Assembly (NCBI GenBank): GCA_039932405.1
Contig: JBDTQC010000001.1
Span: forward strand, 1 to 38,316
Origin: Ideonella sp.
GTDB taxonomy: Bacteria > Pseudomonadota > Gammaproteobacteria > Burkholderiales > Burkholderiaceae_C
Direction: 5' to 3'
DNA: 38,316 nucleotides
Under the pieces are notes generated by a model. That model did not search any database, was not told the origin of the DNA, and saw only the letters and a program-made list of their open reading frames with translations. This document shows positions 37,714 to 38,316 of the stretch, in pieces (the stretch's first letter is position 1; each line of letters opens with the position of its first letter). Position numbers and translations under genes: made by a program.

Positions 37714-38316
<603 letters not shown>

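Overview
GC-rich chromosomal segment of a betaproteobacterium, inferred from gene content and order to be Burkholderiales. It is almost all core genes: a cox (aa3/caa3-type) oxidase operon start, the bioC-like/comF/trmL genes, rhodanese-grxC-secB-gpsA, gpmA, yqgE-yqgF-pyrR-pyrB-pyrC'-acyltransferase, a CPD photolyase, a type IV pilus Pil-Chp chemosensory operon preceded by a rubredoxin missed by the ORF track, ThiD-like-hemL, a four-zinc-ribbon membrane protein, mpl, yqiA, and a long minus-strand run aspS-nudB-EEP-clsB-exonuclease-USP-ATP-dependent DNA ligase-lpxC-small membrane protein. I found no rRNA, tRNA, CRISPR array, integrase or transposase. I cannot support a claim of a clearly new system. 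The best leads are: (1) a ligase-associated DNA-repair module that lacks its helicase and phosphoesterase here and instead has a translationally coupled USP; (2) six genes with a -10-like hexamer exactly 6 nt before ATG, which suggests leaderless mRNAs; (3) lpxC away from ftsZ, with its putative -10 built on the ligase stop codon; (4) an uncharacterised multi-zinc-ribbon tail-anchored protein; (5) a degenerate ThiD-like protein sharing a palindromic face-to-face promoter with the rubredoxin/pil-chp unit.
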